A DNA stretch of 64,000 nt, taken from positions 1,280,001-1,344,000 of the forward strand of contig OZ242010.1 in NCBI GenBank assembly GCA_965204745.1. Direction: 5' to 3'. Source of the DNA: Candidatus Latescibacterota bacterium (GTDB taxonomy: Bacteria; Latescibacterota; UBA2968). The translations under genes and the position numbers were made by a program. The number at the start of each line of letters is the position of its first letter. Positions within the stretch are counted from its first letter, which is position 1. Positions 9,264 to 18,491 of the stretch are shown piece by piece. The notes beneath the pieces are model-generated. The model did no database searches and was not told the origin of the DNA. It saw nothing but the letters and a program-made list of their open reading frames with translations.

Positions 9264-9333
9264 CAATGCGAATTGAGAGTAGAAAGCGAGTAAGAAGCAA
9301 GCCACAACCCATCATCCAAAGACATGAACGAGG
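9264..9333 (-). mobile_element. IS982 right-end fragment (~70 bp)
   Basis: Reverse complement matches ~2936-3003, including the TIR. Confidence 0.75.
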
Positions 9334-9398
9334 TTCTGTTGACATTTTGTTTTTGAGCGATGAGCGTGCCCGTCCTCGCCACCCTGCCGCCCGTGTCT

Positions 9399-9436
9399 GA
9401 ATCGCGGATTAAACGGATTAGGGGATTACGCGGATT
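9399..9436. repeat. AATCGCGGATT/AAACGGATT 9-mer repeat module
   Basis: Similar copies at 28406-28450, 63358-63400, 63593-63636. Confidence 0.75.
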
Positions 9437-9619
9437 ACCCCACACCGCCCTACCGCCATAGCCCTATCCCCCCGGCCCCCTTTCCTACAAGGAAAGGGGG
9501 AGCGCATGGCTTTCTTAAAGGTTTGCATCCAGGGCTGTTTTGATGGCTTTGGGCGAATGGATCACGCCATGAAAATCCAAACCCCGCTCGCGCAATCCCT
9601 CGGAAAACCACTCACAGTT

Positions 9620-9660
9620 CCCCCTTCCTCGCAGGAAGGGGGTTAGGGGGTAGGTCCCCC
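9620..9660. repeat. CCCCCTTCCT-N3-AGGAAGGGGG-TTAGGGGG palindromic repeat family
   Basis: Related copies at 9463-9502, 32423-32462, 32572-32612, 44936-44976, 52730-52770, 52855-52895. Confidence 0.8.
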
Positions 9661-9696
9661 TCGCACAACCTCTCGCCATTCCCCCTTCCTCGCAGG

Positions 9697-9735
9697 CACA
9701 GGCGTAGCCTACAACGAAGCGTAGCGAGTAACGGG
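9697..9735. repeat. CACAGGCGTAGCCTACAACGAAGCGTAGCGAGTAA repeat module
   Basis: Copies or inverted copies at 14293-14332, 14543-14576, 46386-46410, 58195-58230. Confidence 0.75.
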
Positions 9736-9847
9736 GCCAGGGGGTAGGTCCCCCTCGCACACCCTGTCGCCATCCGTCGTAGGGGACGGGACCCTGTGCC
9801 TGTCCTTATCGCTTGACTGACCACCGATCCTATCGTCATTTTACCAC

Positions 9848-9876
9848 TTGACAAATAATAGCGTAATTTTTAATTT
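9848..9876 (+). promoter_or_regulatory. Sigma70-like promoter upstream of the leader ORF and surface protein
   Basis: TTGACA-N17-TAATTT. Confidence 0.55.
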
Positions 9877-9959
9877 TTACCCATTCGCTATTTCGATTTT
9901 GAGCGCGGAGGAAAAGCCGCGCCTAATTTGTGCGACAGCTTTTGCAAAGGAGGATTCAG

Positions 9960-10163
9960 ATGATTCCTACCATTTTCAGCCGCTGTTTGAACCTCATTTG
10001 GCACTATGTTTTTTCAGCCTGTCCCACCGCGAAAAGTGGCGTTCATGTCGCCGATTCTCGTCTTGGAGTGCCGTTCTATTTCATTGCAAATCAGTCTGTT
10101 AGGATGGTCAGTACAGTGTACCCCCCCCCCCCCCCCCCCCCCTCGGGAGGAGCGACAAAATGA
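9960..10163 (+). CDS. Leader ORF (67 aa) spanning the poly-C tract; stop overlaps the surface-protein start
   Basis: AGGAGG RBS, ATG 9960; ATGA overlap at 10160-10163. Confidence 0.45.
   Translation: MIPTIFSRCLNLIWHYVFSACPTAKSGVHVADSRLGVPFYFIANQSVRMVSTVYPPPPPPPSGGATK
10121..10142. repeat. Homopolymer C22
   Basis: 22 consecutive C, 17 bp upstream of the surface-protein ATG. Confidence 0.9.
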
Positions 10164-13100
10164 CCTCCCGATCCGCTCACTTGTTGGCTCTGGTCGCGTT
10201 GGGCATGCTGGTGGCATCGGGGCCGGCGTTTGCCCAAACCGACTACGACTACGACAACGACCGCCTGATTGACATCACGACTTTGGCGCAACTCAACGCC
10301 ATGCGTTGGGACCTCAACGGCGATGGTGTTGTGTCAAGCACCGACTCTACGAACTACTTCACCGCCTTCAGCAACCCCGCCTCGGGCATGGGGTGTCCGT
10401 CCGCCGGCTGTAATGGCTACGAACTGCTCAACAACTTGGACTTTGACGAGAACAACGATGGCGCAATCACCTCAGCAGACGCCACCTACTGGAACAGCGG
10501 CTTAGGATGGGAGCCAATCGGCTCCGACGCCAACCCAGCGTCTCGATACACAGGCGATTTCAAGGGCAACGGACACACCATCGACAACCTGTTCATCAAT
10601 CGCAGCTCCACCGACGTCGGGCTGTTCGGCGGTATTAGCTCCACATCCCGCATCGAGACCTTGGGCGTAACCAACGCCAATGTATCTGCGAGAAAATTCG
10701 TCGGCATTCTCGCAGGAACCAGTTACGGCGACATCTTCGCCTGTTACACCACCGGCGCGGTAAGCGGCAGCGACCAGCAGGTTGGCGGGGTGATAGGCTA
10801 CATGCAAACGCCTCAATCACAACCGGGCCTCCACTCCAGCTACTCCACCGCTTCCGTCACCGCGCCTACATACGCCGGAGGGCTTGTGGGACGTTTAGCC
10901 CGTGGCAGAATACAGTATTCATACGCCGCAGGTGCCGTCAGCGGCGCAGGATTCAACGGCGGGCTTGTAGGAAGCATAAACCCAGCCAATCCATCTGTCT
11001 CCTCCGCAACCGCTAGCTACTACGACATCACGACCACCGGACAGACCGGCGACCTCCGCGCCACGGCGGGCTACGCCACCGCAGACCTCCAGCGCCCCAC
11101 CGGCTACACCGGCATATACGCCGGCTGGAACACCAACATCGACGGCGTGATGGGCAACGACGACCCGTGGTACTTTGGCGCGACGAATCAGTACCCCGTG
11201 TTGAAGTATGCCGGCCTGGACACCACCGCGCAATTTGCGTTGCAACCGAGCATACCGACGGGTGTGGCCGTGACGTCCAATGGGGACACCTTGTACGTAC
11301 ACTGGCGTGCGGCGAGTCAAGCGACGGGGTACACAGTGCAGTGGAAATCCGGCATGCAAAGCTACGACGCCGCGCGTCAGGCCACCACCACGGCTACGCG
11401 CTACAAGATCGCCTTGACGTCGGGGACGACCTACACAGTGCGCGTCATTGCCAGCAAGACCGGTGTGCGCGATGGAACCTCGGGCGAGGTCATGCGCGCT
11501 CCAGGTCTCACCAATTACGATCCCGATGGCGATGGCCTCATCGCTATCACCACGCTGGCGCAACTCAACGCCATGCGCTGGGATATCAATGGCGATGGTG
11601 CTATAGACTCAAGTGCCACGACCGCCGATACGACTGCCTACAACGCCGCCTTTTCCGGCCGGGACACCGACACCGCCATCCGTATGGGCTGCTTCCCGGG
11701 ATGCACCGGCTACGAACTGCTCGCCAACCTGGACTTTGACGAGAACAACGACGGCGAGATCACCTCAGCAGACGCCACCTACTGGAATAGCGGCGCCGGC
11801 TGGGACCCTGTGGGGCCTTACAGCGGCACGTTCCAAGGCAACAACAATACGATCTCCCACCTGTTCATCGACCGGGGGACTCGGCATAATGCAGGATTGT
11901 TCCATGCGGTTGAGGGCAATATTTCGGGGTTGGGGTTGTTGAATGTGGATGTGACCGGCAATGACCGCGTGGGTGCTCTGACCGGTGTTCAGGGTGGTGG
12001 GGGCACCATCTCGTCGTGTTATGTGACGGGTCGCGTTTCGGGGGCGAAGTGGGGTGTGGGTGGTTTGGTCGGTCAGTCTCATCGCACTATGGGCACCAAC
12101 CGCATTGTGAGTAGCTACGCGAACGTCTCTGTGAGCATTCCTGCGACTGTGACGAGTGACGGGAAGGCTGGCGGGTTGGTGGGTTATCTGAGATTTCAGA
12201 CCGAGGTGGTGGCGTCTTACGCCCTGGGCCCGGTGTTCGTGGGACACAGTAGCGGGGTGGGCGGCGGGTTGGTGGGTGAACTCGCGAGCGGCAGTGGCGT
12301 GACCGCCAGCTACTCGATAGGGCGGGTCACGGGTGACTGCACGAAAGGCGGTTTGGTGGGCACTTCGGCTGGTACAGTGGTCGATAGCTACTGGGACACA
12401 CAAGAAAGCGGCATTGCCGACGATGGCGATACGGCTATGCCGGAGGGTGAGCCGACTGCCGACTTACAATCGGTCACGTCTGCGACAGGCATCTATAACG
12501 TTTGGGACATGCTGACCATAGATGCTTCGGGGACCAGCGATGATGCTCCCTGGACCTTTGGCGCGATGGATCAGTATCCGGTCTTGAAGTATGCCGGCAT
12601 GGACACCACCGTGCAATTTCAGCTTCAACCCGCGATAGTGACGTTGGCACTGACGCCCTCGACGCTCTCGGAAAGCGGTGGGATGAGCACCGTGACCGCG
12701 ACGCTGTCTCACCCATCGAGCGCGGCGACGACGATCACGGTGCGCCCGGTGGCGGGTGCTTACACGGTGGGGATGGATTCGACGATCACCATCGCGGCCG
12801 GGAGCACGGCGAACGCGTCGGACACGGTGGTCATCACAGCGGTGGACAATACCCAAGACGCGCCTAATCGCGACGTGGACATGTCCGTTGTGGCAGACAA
12901 CGCCCAGGGCAGTGTGGTCCGCCTGATCGAGATAACGATCATCGATGATGACGCGCCGCCGAGGCTCTCGATCAGTTCGCCGAGTGCGGTTGAGGGCACT
13001 GCCCTGACGTTCACCGTTAGATTGAATGCGGTGAGCGGCAAAGAGGTGACGGTGGCGTATGCAGACGCGGGCACGGGCACCGCGACTTCGGGGACGGACT

Positions 13101-14026
13101 ACACCGCGCTTACCGCAGGGACTCTGACCTTCGCGGCGGGCACGACCACGACCAGCCAGACCATCGCTGTTACTGTGACCGACGACTCGGATGATGAGCA
13201 GAACGAGACCGTGGAGGTGACGTTGAGCAACGCGGTCAATGCCACCTTTGATGGCGAGGCTACGAGCCTCACCGGCACCGGTACGATTATCGATGACGAT
13301 GGCGCGTCTGCGCTGAGTATCGGTTCGCCAAGCGTGATTGAAGGCGTGACCGGCGCGACCCTGACCTTTCAGGTGTACCTACGCCCAGCGCACAACACGT
13401 TACAAGTGACGGTGGCGTATGCAGACGCGGGCACGGGCACCGCGACTTCGGGGACGGATTACACCGCGCTTACCGCAGGGACCCTGACCTTCGCGGTAGG
13501 CGATACCATCCAGACCATCGCTGTTACTGTGACCGACGACTCGGATGATGAGCAGAACGAGACCGTGATCGTGACGCTGAGCAGTGCGACCAATGCGACC
13601 ATAAGCACGGCGGATGGCACAGGAACGATTATCGATGACGAAACCCCGAGTGCCAACTTGGATGTGGATGGCGATGGCCGGGTGAGATTGTTCTCGGATA
13701 TAATCCTGGTCATTCGATATGTCCTCTTCTTCCGGAACGAGGCCCTCCTCAGAGGGAACGTCATCGAGCCAACTGCCACGCGCACGACCGCTCAAGAAAT
13801 TGAACCCTACCTCGACACGTTGGTCAATCAGAACATTCTCGATGTGGATGGCGATGGCGATGTGAGGCTGTTCTCGGATATAATCCTGGTCATTCGATAT
13901 GTCCTCTTCTTCCGGAACGAGGCCCTCGTCAGAGGGAACGTCATCGAGCCAACTGCCACGCGCACGACCACTCAAGCCATTGAACCCTACATCCGAAGCC
14001 TCTATCCCGACTCCCACTTCCAATGA
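10160..14026 (+). CDS. Large secreted/surface protein: two GLUG-rich modules with DxNGDG Ca-binding loops, FN3-like domain, two Calx-beta repeats, two C-terminal dockerin-like repeats
   Basis: Signal peptide ending AFA-Q; repeated GGLVG; duplicated LAQLNAMRWD.NGDG and GYELL.NLDFDENNDG; near-identical TATSGTDYTALTAGTLTFA units; LDVDGDG...LFSDIILVIRYVL x2. Confidence 0.85.
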   Translation: MTSRSAHLLALVALGMLVASGPAFAQTDYDYDNDRLIDITTLAQLNAMRWDLNGDGVVSSTDSTNYFTAFSNPASGMGCPSAGCNGYELLNNLDFDENNDGAITSADATYWNSGLGWEPIGSDANPASRYTGDFKGNGHTIDNLFINRSSTDVGLFGGISSTSRIETLGVTNANVSARKFVGILAGTSYGDIFACYTTGAVSGSDQQVGGVIGYMQTPQSQPGLHSSYSTASVTAPTYAGGLVGRLARGRIQYSYAAGAVSGAGFNGGLVGSINPANPSVSSATASYYDITTTGQTGDLRATAGYATADLQRPTGYTGIYAGWNTNIDGVMGNDDPWYFGATNQYPVLKYAGLDTTAQFALQPSIPTGVAVTSNGDTLYVHWRAASQATGYTVQWKSGMQSYDAARQATTTATRYKIALTSGTTYTVRVIASKTGVRDGTSGEVMRAPGLTNYDPDGDGLIAITTLAQLNAMRWDINGDGAIDSSATTADTTAYNAAFSGRDTDTAIRMGCFPGCTGYELLANLDFDENNDGEITSADATYWNSGAGWDPVGPYSGTFQGNNNTISHLFIDRGTRHNAGLFHAVEGNISGLGLLNVDVTGNDRVGALTGVQGGGGTISSCYVTGRVSGAKWGVGGLVGQSHRTMGTNRIVSSYANVSVSIPATVTSDGKAGGLVGYLRFQTEVVASYALGPVFVGHSSGVGGGLVGELASGSGVTASYSIGRVTGDCTKGGLVGTSAGTVVDSYWDTQESGIADDGDTAMPEGEPTADLQSVTSATGIYNVWDMLTIDASGTSDDAPWTFGAMDQYPVLKYAGMDTTVQFQLQPAIVTLALTPSTLSESGGMSTVTATLSHPSSAATTITVRPVAGAYTVGMDSTITIAAGSTANASDTVVITAVDNTQDAPNRDVDMSVVADNAQGSVVRLIEITIIDDDAPPRLSISSPSAVEGTALTFTVRLNAVSGKEVTVAYADAGTGTATSGTDYTALTAGTLTFAAGTTTTSQTIAVTVTDDSDDEQNETVEVTLSNAVNATFDGEATSLTGTGTIIDDDGASALSIGSPSVIEGVTGATLTFQVYLRPAHNTLQVTVAYADAGTGTATSGTDYTALTAGTLTFAVGDTIQTIAVTVTDDSDDEQNETVIVTLSSATNATISTADGTGTIIDDETPSANLDVDGDGRVRLFSDIILVIRYVLFFRNEALLRGNVIEPTATRTTAQEIEPYLDTLVNQNILDVDGDGDVRLFSDIILVIRYVLFFRNEALVRGNVIEPTATRTTTQAIEPYIRSLYPDSHFQ

Positions 14027-14289
14027 AAGCCTGTTCCCTGACCGCCACAGATGAAGATGGCGATGAGAACACCCTGAGTTTCTTCTTCACCATCAGCGCG
14101 AATCTGATGCTGTCCTTTGGCGATGCGAGTGTGGAATACGCGGAAGCAAGAGATCGAATCCCTTTTCCTCATCTTCGCCGCCGGCTTTGGCTCGACAGGC
14201 TGAACGACGAAAGACGCGAAAAACAAAGTAAAGCCCGGGTTCACAGTGAACTCGGGCTTTACTTTTTGGAATTGGAACCTACCCACTAG
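14023..14289 (+). pseudogene. Short ORF with a putative Ig-repeat fragment
   Basis: LTATDEDGDENTLSFFFTI resembles the last strands of putative-Ig repeats; the 3' part runs through a terminator. Confidence 0.3.
14225..14267 (+). terminator. Rho-independent terminator
   Basis: AAAGTAAAGCCCGGGTTCAC-A-GTGAACTCGGGCTTTACTTTTT. Confidence 0.8.
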
Positions 14290-14442
14290 CCCCGTTACTC
14301 GCTACGCTTCGTTGTAGGCTACGCCTGTGCCTACGAGGAAGATACAAGGGGGAATAACATCTCTCCGTTGCGGGAAAGAGCCGGAGGAGGGGCATCCATC
14401 GTTCGTTTTAAGACAAGTTCAAGGGCGATTCTATAAGGGATG

Positions 14443-14515
14443 ACTCGTTCATGTCTTTGGATGATGGGTTGCGGCTTGCTTCTTACTCGCTTTCTACTCT
14501 TAATTCGCATTGACA
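14443..14515 (+). mobile_element. IS982 right-end fragment (~70 bp)
   Basis: Matches ~2934-3006, including the full TIR ACTCTTAATTCGCATTGACA. Confidence 0.8.
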
Positions 14516-14594
14516 ATGATGTGTGACCTATCCTCCCCGCTCCGTTACTCGCTTCGTTGTAGGCTACGCCTGTGCGGGGAGGGGGCACCGCTTC

Positions 14595-16976
14595 TCATTC
14601 CATATCCTTCAGAATCCGCATGAACTGCGGATCGTTGGGGGCGAATTGGCGTGCTCTTTCCTTTGCGCGTTGCGCGGCTTCTTCTTTGCCCAGCACGGAC
14701 AGGGCTTCCCCCATGACTTGGTACGCACGCGCATGGTCCGGGGCTTGTTTCAGCACTTGTTCCAGCGTTGCCACCGCGCCGATGTGATTTTTGAGCCCGA
14801 TTTGAACAACTGCAAAGTTGAACTGGTGGTCGGCATTATCGGGCACTAGGGCCAACACCTTTTCGAGAATGTCGCGTGCCTCTGCAAACTTGCCCTGTCT
14901 CGAATACGTCGCCGCGAGGCTGTTGAGTATGGCGGCATCGTCCGGGGCGATCCACAAAGCGCGTTGATAAGCCTGCGCGGCCTCTGCCAAGTTGCCCGTT
15001 TGTGCGTGTGCCCTGCCCAATAAGTGCCGTGCCGTTGCGTTGGTGGAATCCAATGTCGTTGCGCGTTCTGCCGCATCAATCGCGTCCGCACAGTGTCCAA
15101 AGTGCAGGCATACCTCGCCCAAGCCGGTGAGAAATTCCACTTTTATCGGATTGAGCGCGACTGCCCGTCGTGCATGCGCGACCGCCGCAGAGTCCCTCTC
15201 CATTTTGGTGAGTGCTTGTCCCAACAAGTAATGCACGCGCTCATTGTGGGGAAAATCGTCCAAACTTTGGCGCAAGGCCGCGATGGCGTCATCCCATTTT
15301 TTTTGATTGTAGAGCGCGGTTCCCAATGCTTGATGGATGCGATAATACCGCGTTGGGCTTTGCGCGGCGGCTTTGCGGTACCAGGTTTCGGCGGCTACAT
15401 ACTCCTTCTGATGCAAGGCGCGTTGCCCTTTGCGGTAATACAACTCGCCTGTGATGGTGCGCGTGCCCATGCCGAGGGCGACGATTGCGAGCGCGGCGCA
15501 CACACACCCCATGCCGACCGCCACTTTGCGGTTTCTTATGGCAAAGAGACGCACGGGCTTGGGTTTTAATGCCCATATCAATCCCACCACGATCCAGAAA
15601 TGCAGGGCAGATGCGGGTTGTTGAAAATTGCTACTGAAAAATGCGTGCGTGAGCGTTGCCACCACAGAAGCCGCAAATCCCACTGCGATGAAGGAGACCT
15701 CGCCGCGCAGGTAACGCCGCATCAGGCCGACCAATACCCAGCCGAGTTGCAGCAGGAAAACCCCGAAAATCAGCAGGCCGATCAAGCCGGTTTCCGCCCA
15801 CATTTCCAAATATTCGTTGTGGACAGTGAACGCCATCAGGTCGCGTTCATTCCGTTTTTCCATGCGGTCTTTCACGAGCAGGCTTTCGCGGCCCGTGAAC
15901 TCGGGAATCGCAAACTCGTAATTGCCCAGGCCCACGCCCAGAACGGGGCGATCCAAAATGAGGCGCGCCGCATCTTTCCACAAATTCACGCGCTGCACGC
16001 TGGAATCGTCTGCCAACTGAATGGCGTCCACGCTTCGATACGCCACCCCGGCCCCGTATCTGTTGACCAAATGATTGACGAGGCGAACCCTGCCCTGCGC
16101 GTCCGCATCTCGTTGCCCGGTGTAAAACGCCGCGCCCACGCCTGCGAGGATCAAGATGGGGATCGCCAAATCCACCCATCGGCGTTCGGTCAGAAAGCAA
16201 CGCAACCATGCCATCCCGCTCAATATGAGCAAGCAGATCACCGCGCCGAGCCAGCCGCCCCTGCTGCTTAACACGATCAAATGACACGCGATGAAAAAAC
16301 AAGCCGTGCCAATGCCGACCCGCGCCCACGGTTTGCGTGTGACAAAAACCATGGCAACCGCGATGGGAAAGACCACATTGTAGTATTGCGCGGTAAAGTT
16401 GACATTGCCAATGGTGGAGATGGGCAAGTACCACGGCGCGCCAAAATGGTAAATGCCATTGTGTTGCAACCACCCGATCACTGCGACAATCCCGCTCGCG
16501 ACCACCATCGCGCCCGTTATTTTGTAGATGTGCTCAGAACTTCGCACGGTGTTGAAGATCAAAACCGCGAGTACAAAAAAACAGCCTTGTCGAAACAAGA
16601 CATCTAGGCCCTGCGCGATGTTCTGCGCCCAAAACAGAGACGCAAACCCCATCGCCAACAAGCCCAATAGCGCGTAGTACAACGGGGTCTCGACAACCGA
16701 CACTTCGCCATCCAAGACCATGCTCAACACCCACGCCCCCGCGAGCATCGCAATCAGCACTGTGGCGAAGATGAGTTTGGGCGTGCCGTATTCTTGCATG
16801 GCCGTCGTAACTATCAAGGGCACCACCAGCACCAACGCCTGAAACCCACGCACCATCATCAGCCGTACCCGCGCCCCCATCCATGTTGTGTTTGTGATCA
16901 TGAGTGATTCCATGTCAGTTGTCAGTCCTGTGTGCCCATCCCCGCCCTGCCTCTCCGTGTGCGTTTTGCCTTGCAT
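14595..16976 (-). CDS. O-antigen ligase (Wzy_C)-family membrane protein with C-terminal TPR repeats
   Basis: Many TM helices; STIGNVNF, SSRGGWLG, R.NLW..A...I.DRPVLGVGLGN, HNEYLE.WAETGLIG; TPR helices. Start uncertain. Confidence 0.85.
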   Translation of the reverse strand: MQGKTHTERQGGDGHTGLTTDMESLMITNTTWMGARVRLMMVRGFQALVLVVPLIVTTAMQEYGTPKLIFATVLIAMLAGAWVLSMVLDGEVSVVETPLYYALLGLLAMGFASLFWAQNIAQGLDVLFRQGCFFVLAVLIFNTVRSSEHIYKITGAMVVASGIVAVIGWLQHNGIYHFGAPWYLPISTIGNVNFTAQYYNVVFPIAVAMVFVTRKPWARVGIGTACFFIACHLIVLSSRGGWLGAVICLLILSGMAWLRCFLTERRWVDLAIPILILAGVGAAFYTGQRDADAQGRVRLVNHLVNRYGAGVAYRSVDAIQLADDSSVQRVNLWKDAARLILDRPVLGVGLGNYEFAIPEFTGRESLLVKDRMEKRNERDLMAFTVHNEYLEMWAETGLIGLLIFGVFLLQLGWVLVGLMRRYLRGEVSFIAVGFAASVVATLTHAFFSSNFQQPASALHFWIVVGLIWALKPKPVRLFAIRNRKVAVGMGCVCAALAIVALGMGTRTITGELYYRKGQRALHQKEYVAAETWYRKAAAQSPTRYYRIHQALGTALYNQKKWDDAIAALRQSLDDFPHNERVHYLLGQALTKMERDSAAVAHARRAVALNPIKVEFLTGLGEVCLHFGHCADAIDAAERATTLDSTNATARHLLGRAHAQTGNLAEAAQAYQRALWIAPDDAAILNSLAATYSRQGKFAEARDILEKVLALVPDNADHQFNFAVVQIGLKNHIGAVATLEQVLKQAPDHARAYQVMGEALSVLGKEEAAQRAKERARQFAPNDPQFMRILKDME

Positions 16977-17049
16977 CTGTGTTCTTAGGCGAAGCGGACG
17001 TTTTCGCGTCTTTTCGCTTTTCCCGTCTTCCCTCTTGTATCTTGGAAGT

Positions 17050-17240
17050 AAGGTTTAATTAGGTGTTGCGCCCTCGCATCGAGACAAGCCATCTTGATGC
17101 CCGGCTCGGGGAAGGCCGGTCCCTCTCGAAGGCGATGACCTTGTAGGTGAGATAGGCCCCCCGACCGCCGGGTCTATGCCGAAGCGTATCTAAGTCCCTT
17201 GAGGCTGCATATACAAGACCGGTAGACTTGGCGTCAATGG
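17050..17240 (+). ncRNA. Predicted IS110 bridge RNA (copy 1); boundaries approximate
   Basis: Target loop: TCCCTCT (17120-17126) equals left target+core; AGGTGAG (17145-17151) is the reverse complement of core+right target. Donor loop: AGCGTATCT (17183-17191) and ATACAAG (17211-17217). Confidence 0.82.
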
Positions 17241-17300
17241 TCGGGATCGAACTCGAGCGCACACCAGACCCTTACAAACCCCTCATCACAGGAGGCCCCC

Positions 17301-18308
17301 ATGTCGAAATCTCAACCCGCTTTTGCCGGCATTGATGTCCGTGCCCGCACGTTGTCCGTTGCCCTGTCCAGACCTGGACAAGTTGTCATGCAAGCGACCT
17401 TTGCCAATGATCCCCAAGCCCATAAGCGGTTGCTGAAGTGGCTCACCAAGGGCGGGCACATGGTCTCTGTCTGCCTTGAAGCGACCGGGCTTTACAGCTT
17501 GGGGGTGGCCTTGGCCTTGCATCGGCATCGCCACACAAAGGTCATGGTCGTCAATCCCAAAGCGATGAGCAAGTACGGTCAAGCCTGCATGCAACGAGCC
17601 AAGACGGATGCGAAGGATGCGTTGTTGATCATGGATTATGCCGAGCGCATGCCGTTTGTGCCTTGGCAAGCGCCGAGTGAGCAACGGCTCCAACTGCAAG
17701 CCCTCACCAGACGTATTGACCAACTCAAGCAGGAGATCATCCGCGAACAGAGCCGCAACCACGCGCAAAGCTACCACATCCGGAGCACACGGCGCATCGC
17801 ACGCGATATTCAGGTGAATATCCGACACCTCAAACGCCGGATTGCCTACTTGGAAAGCCAAGCCCTCGATCTCGTTTTGCACGATGAGACCCTCAAGCGC
17901 GCCTACCAACGCCTCTGCTCGACGCCTGGCATCGCACAAACGAGTGCCTTGCGGCTCTTGGCCGAGTTGACCCTTTTGCCAGAGGAGATGCAACCGCCCC
18001 AGTGGGTCGCACATGCAGGCCTGGATCCCAAACCCAAACAATCCGGAACCGCCAACCCACAAAGACGCATCTCGAAAACCGGGAATAAGTACCTCCGCCA
18101 TGCCCTCTATATGCCTGCCTGGGTGGCCAGCAGACACGAAGTCCATGTCAAAGCCTTCTATGACCAACTCATTGCCAGAGGCAAGAAACCTTTGCAGGCT
18201 ATCGTTGCGGTGATGCGAAAGTTGCTCCATTCAATCTGGGGCATGTTGCGGCATGACCAAGATTTTAAGGGCGAAAAATTCTATCGAATCACCCCGAAAA
18301 CCCCTTGA
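17301..18308 (+). CDS. IS110-family recombinase (DEDD RuvC-like plus Tnp serine domain)
   Basis: GIDV, LEATG, KTDAKDA, PGI, QSG, RISKTGNKYLR.ALY, A.VAVMRKLL. Confidence 0.95.
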   Translation: MSKSQPAFAGIDVRARTLSVALSRPGQVVMQATFANDPQAHKRLLKWLTKGGHMVSVCLEATGLYSLGVALALHRHRHTKVMVVNPKAMSKYGQACMQRAKTDAKDALLIMDYAERMPFVPWQAPSEQRLQLQALTRRIDQLKQEIIREQSRNHAQSYHIRSTRRIARDIQVNIRHLKRRIAYLESQALDLVLHDETLKRAYQRLCSTPGIAQTSALRLLAELTLLPEEMQPPQWVAHAGLDPKPKQSGTANPQRRISKTGNKYLRHALYMPAWVASRHEVHVKAFYDQLIARGKKPLQAIVAVMRKLLHSIWGMLRHDQDFKGEKFYRITPKTP

Positions 18309-18491
18309 CCTTTTAAGAGAGTATCTCACCTCTTCCCGCCTCTTGCCTCTCCCCATCATACTCAGAGTTTTGGGTTTCTTCAAGGATTTTTTGTACCGAA
18401 CGCGGCGCGGGTTTTGGGTTGCGATACGTTTTGGGTCGCGTTATTGTTTTGGCGGATGCTGTCTCCAATCTGATACAATGGGAGGATCGCT

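Larger units (their letters stand above)
17034..18326 (+). mobile_element. IS110-family element copy 1, bounded by CT cores at 17034-17035 and 18325-18326
   Basis: No long TIRs; ~265-bp left non-coding end shared with copy 2; ends TGTAT... and ...AGAGTAT shared by both copies. Confidence 0.92.

Noticed and set aside
13660-13995. Diversity-generating retroelement TR/VR pair in the adhesin C-terminus
   Set aside because: Both copies are coding and in frame, differences are not adenine-specific, and no reverse transcriptase is present.
17037-17042. GTAT(CT) as an IS110 target-site duplication
   Set aside because: The CT-core model fits better: it restores heptamer arrays, matches empty homologues and explains all four guides.
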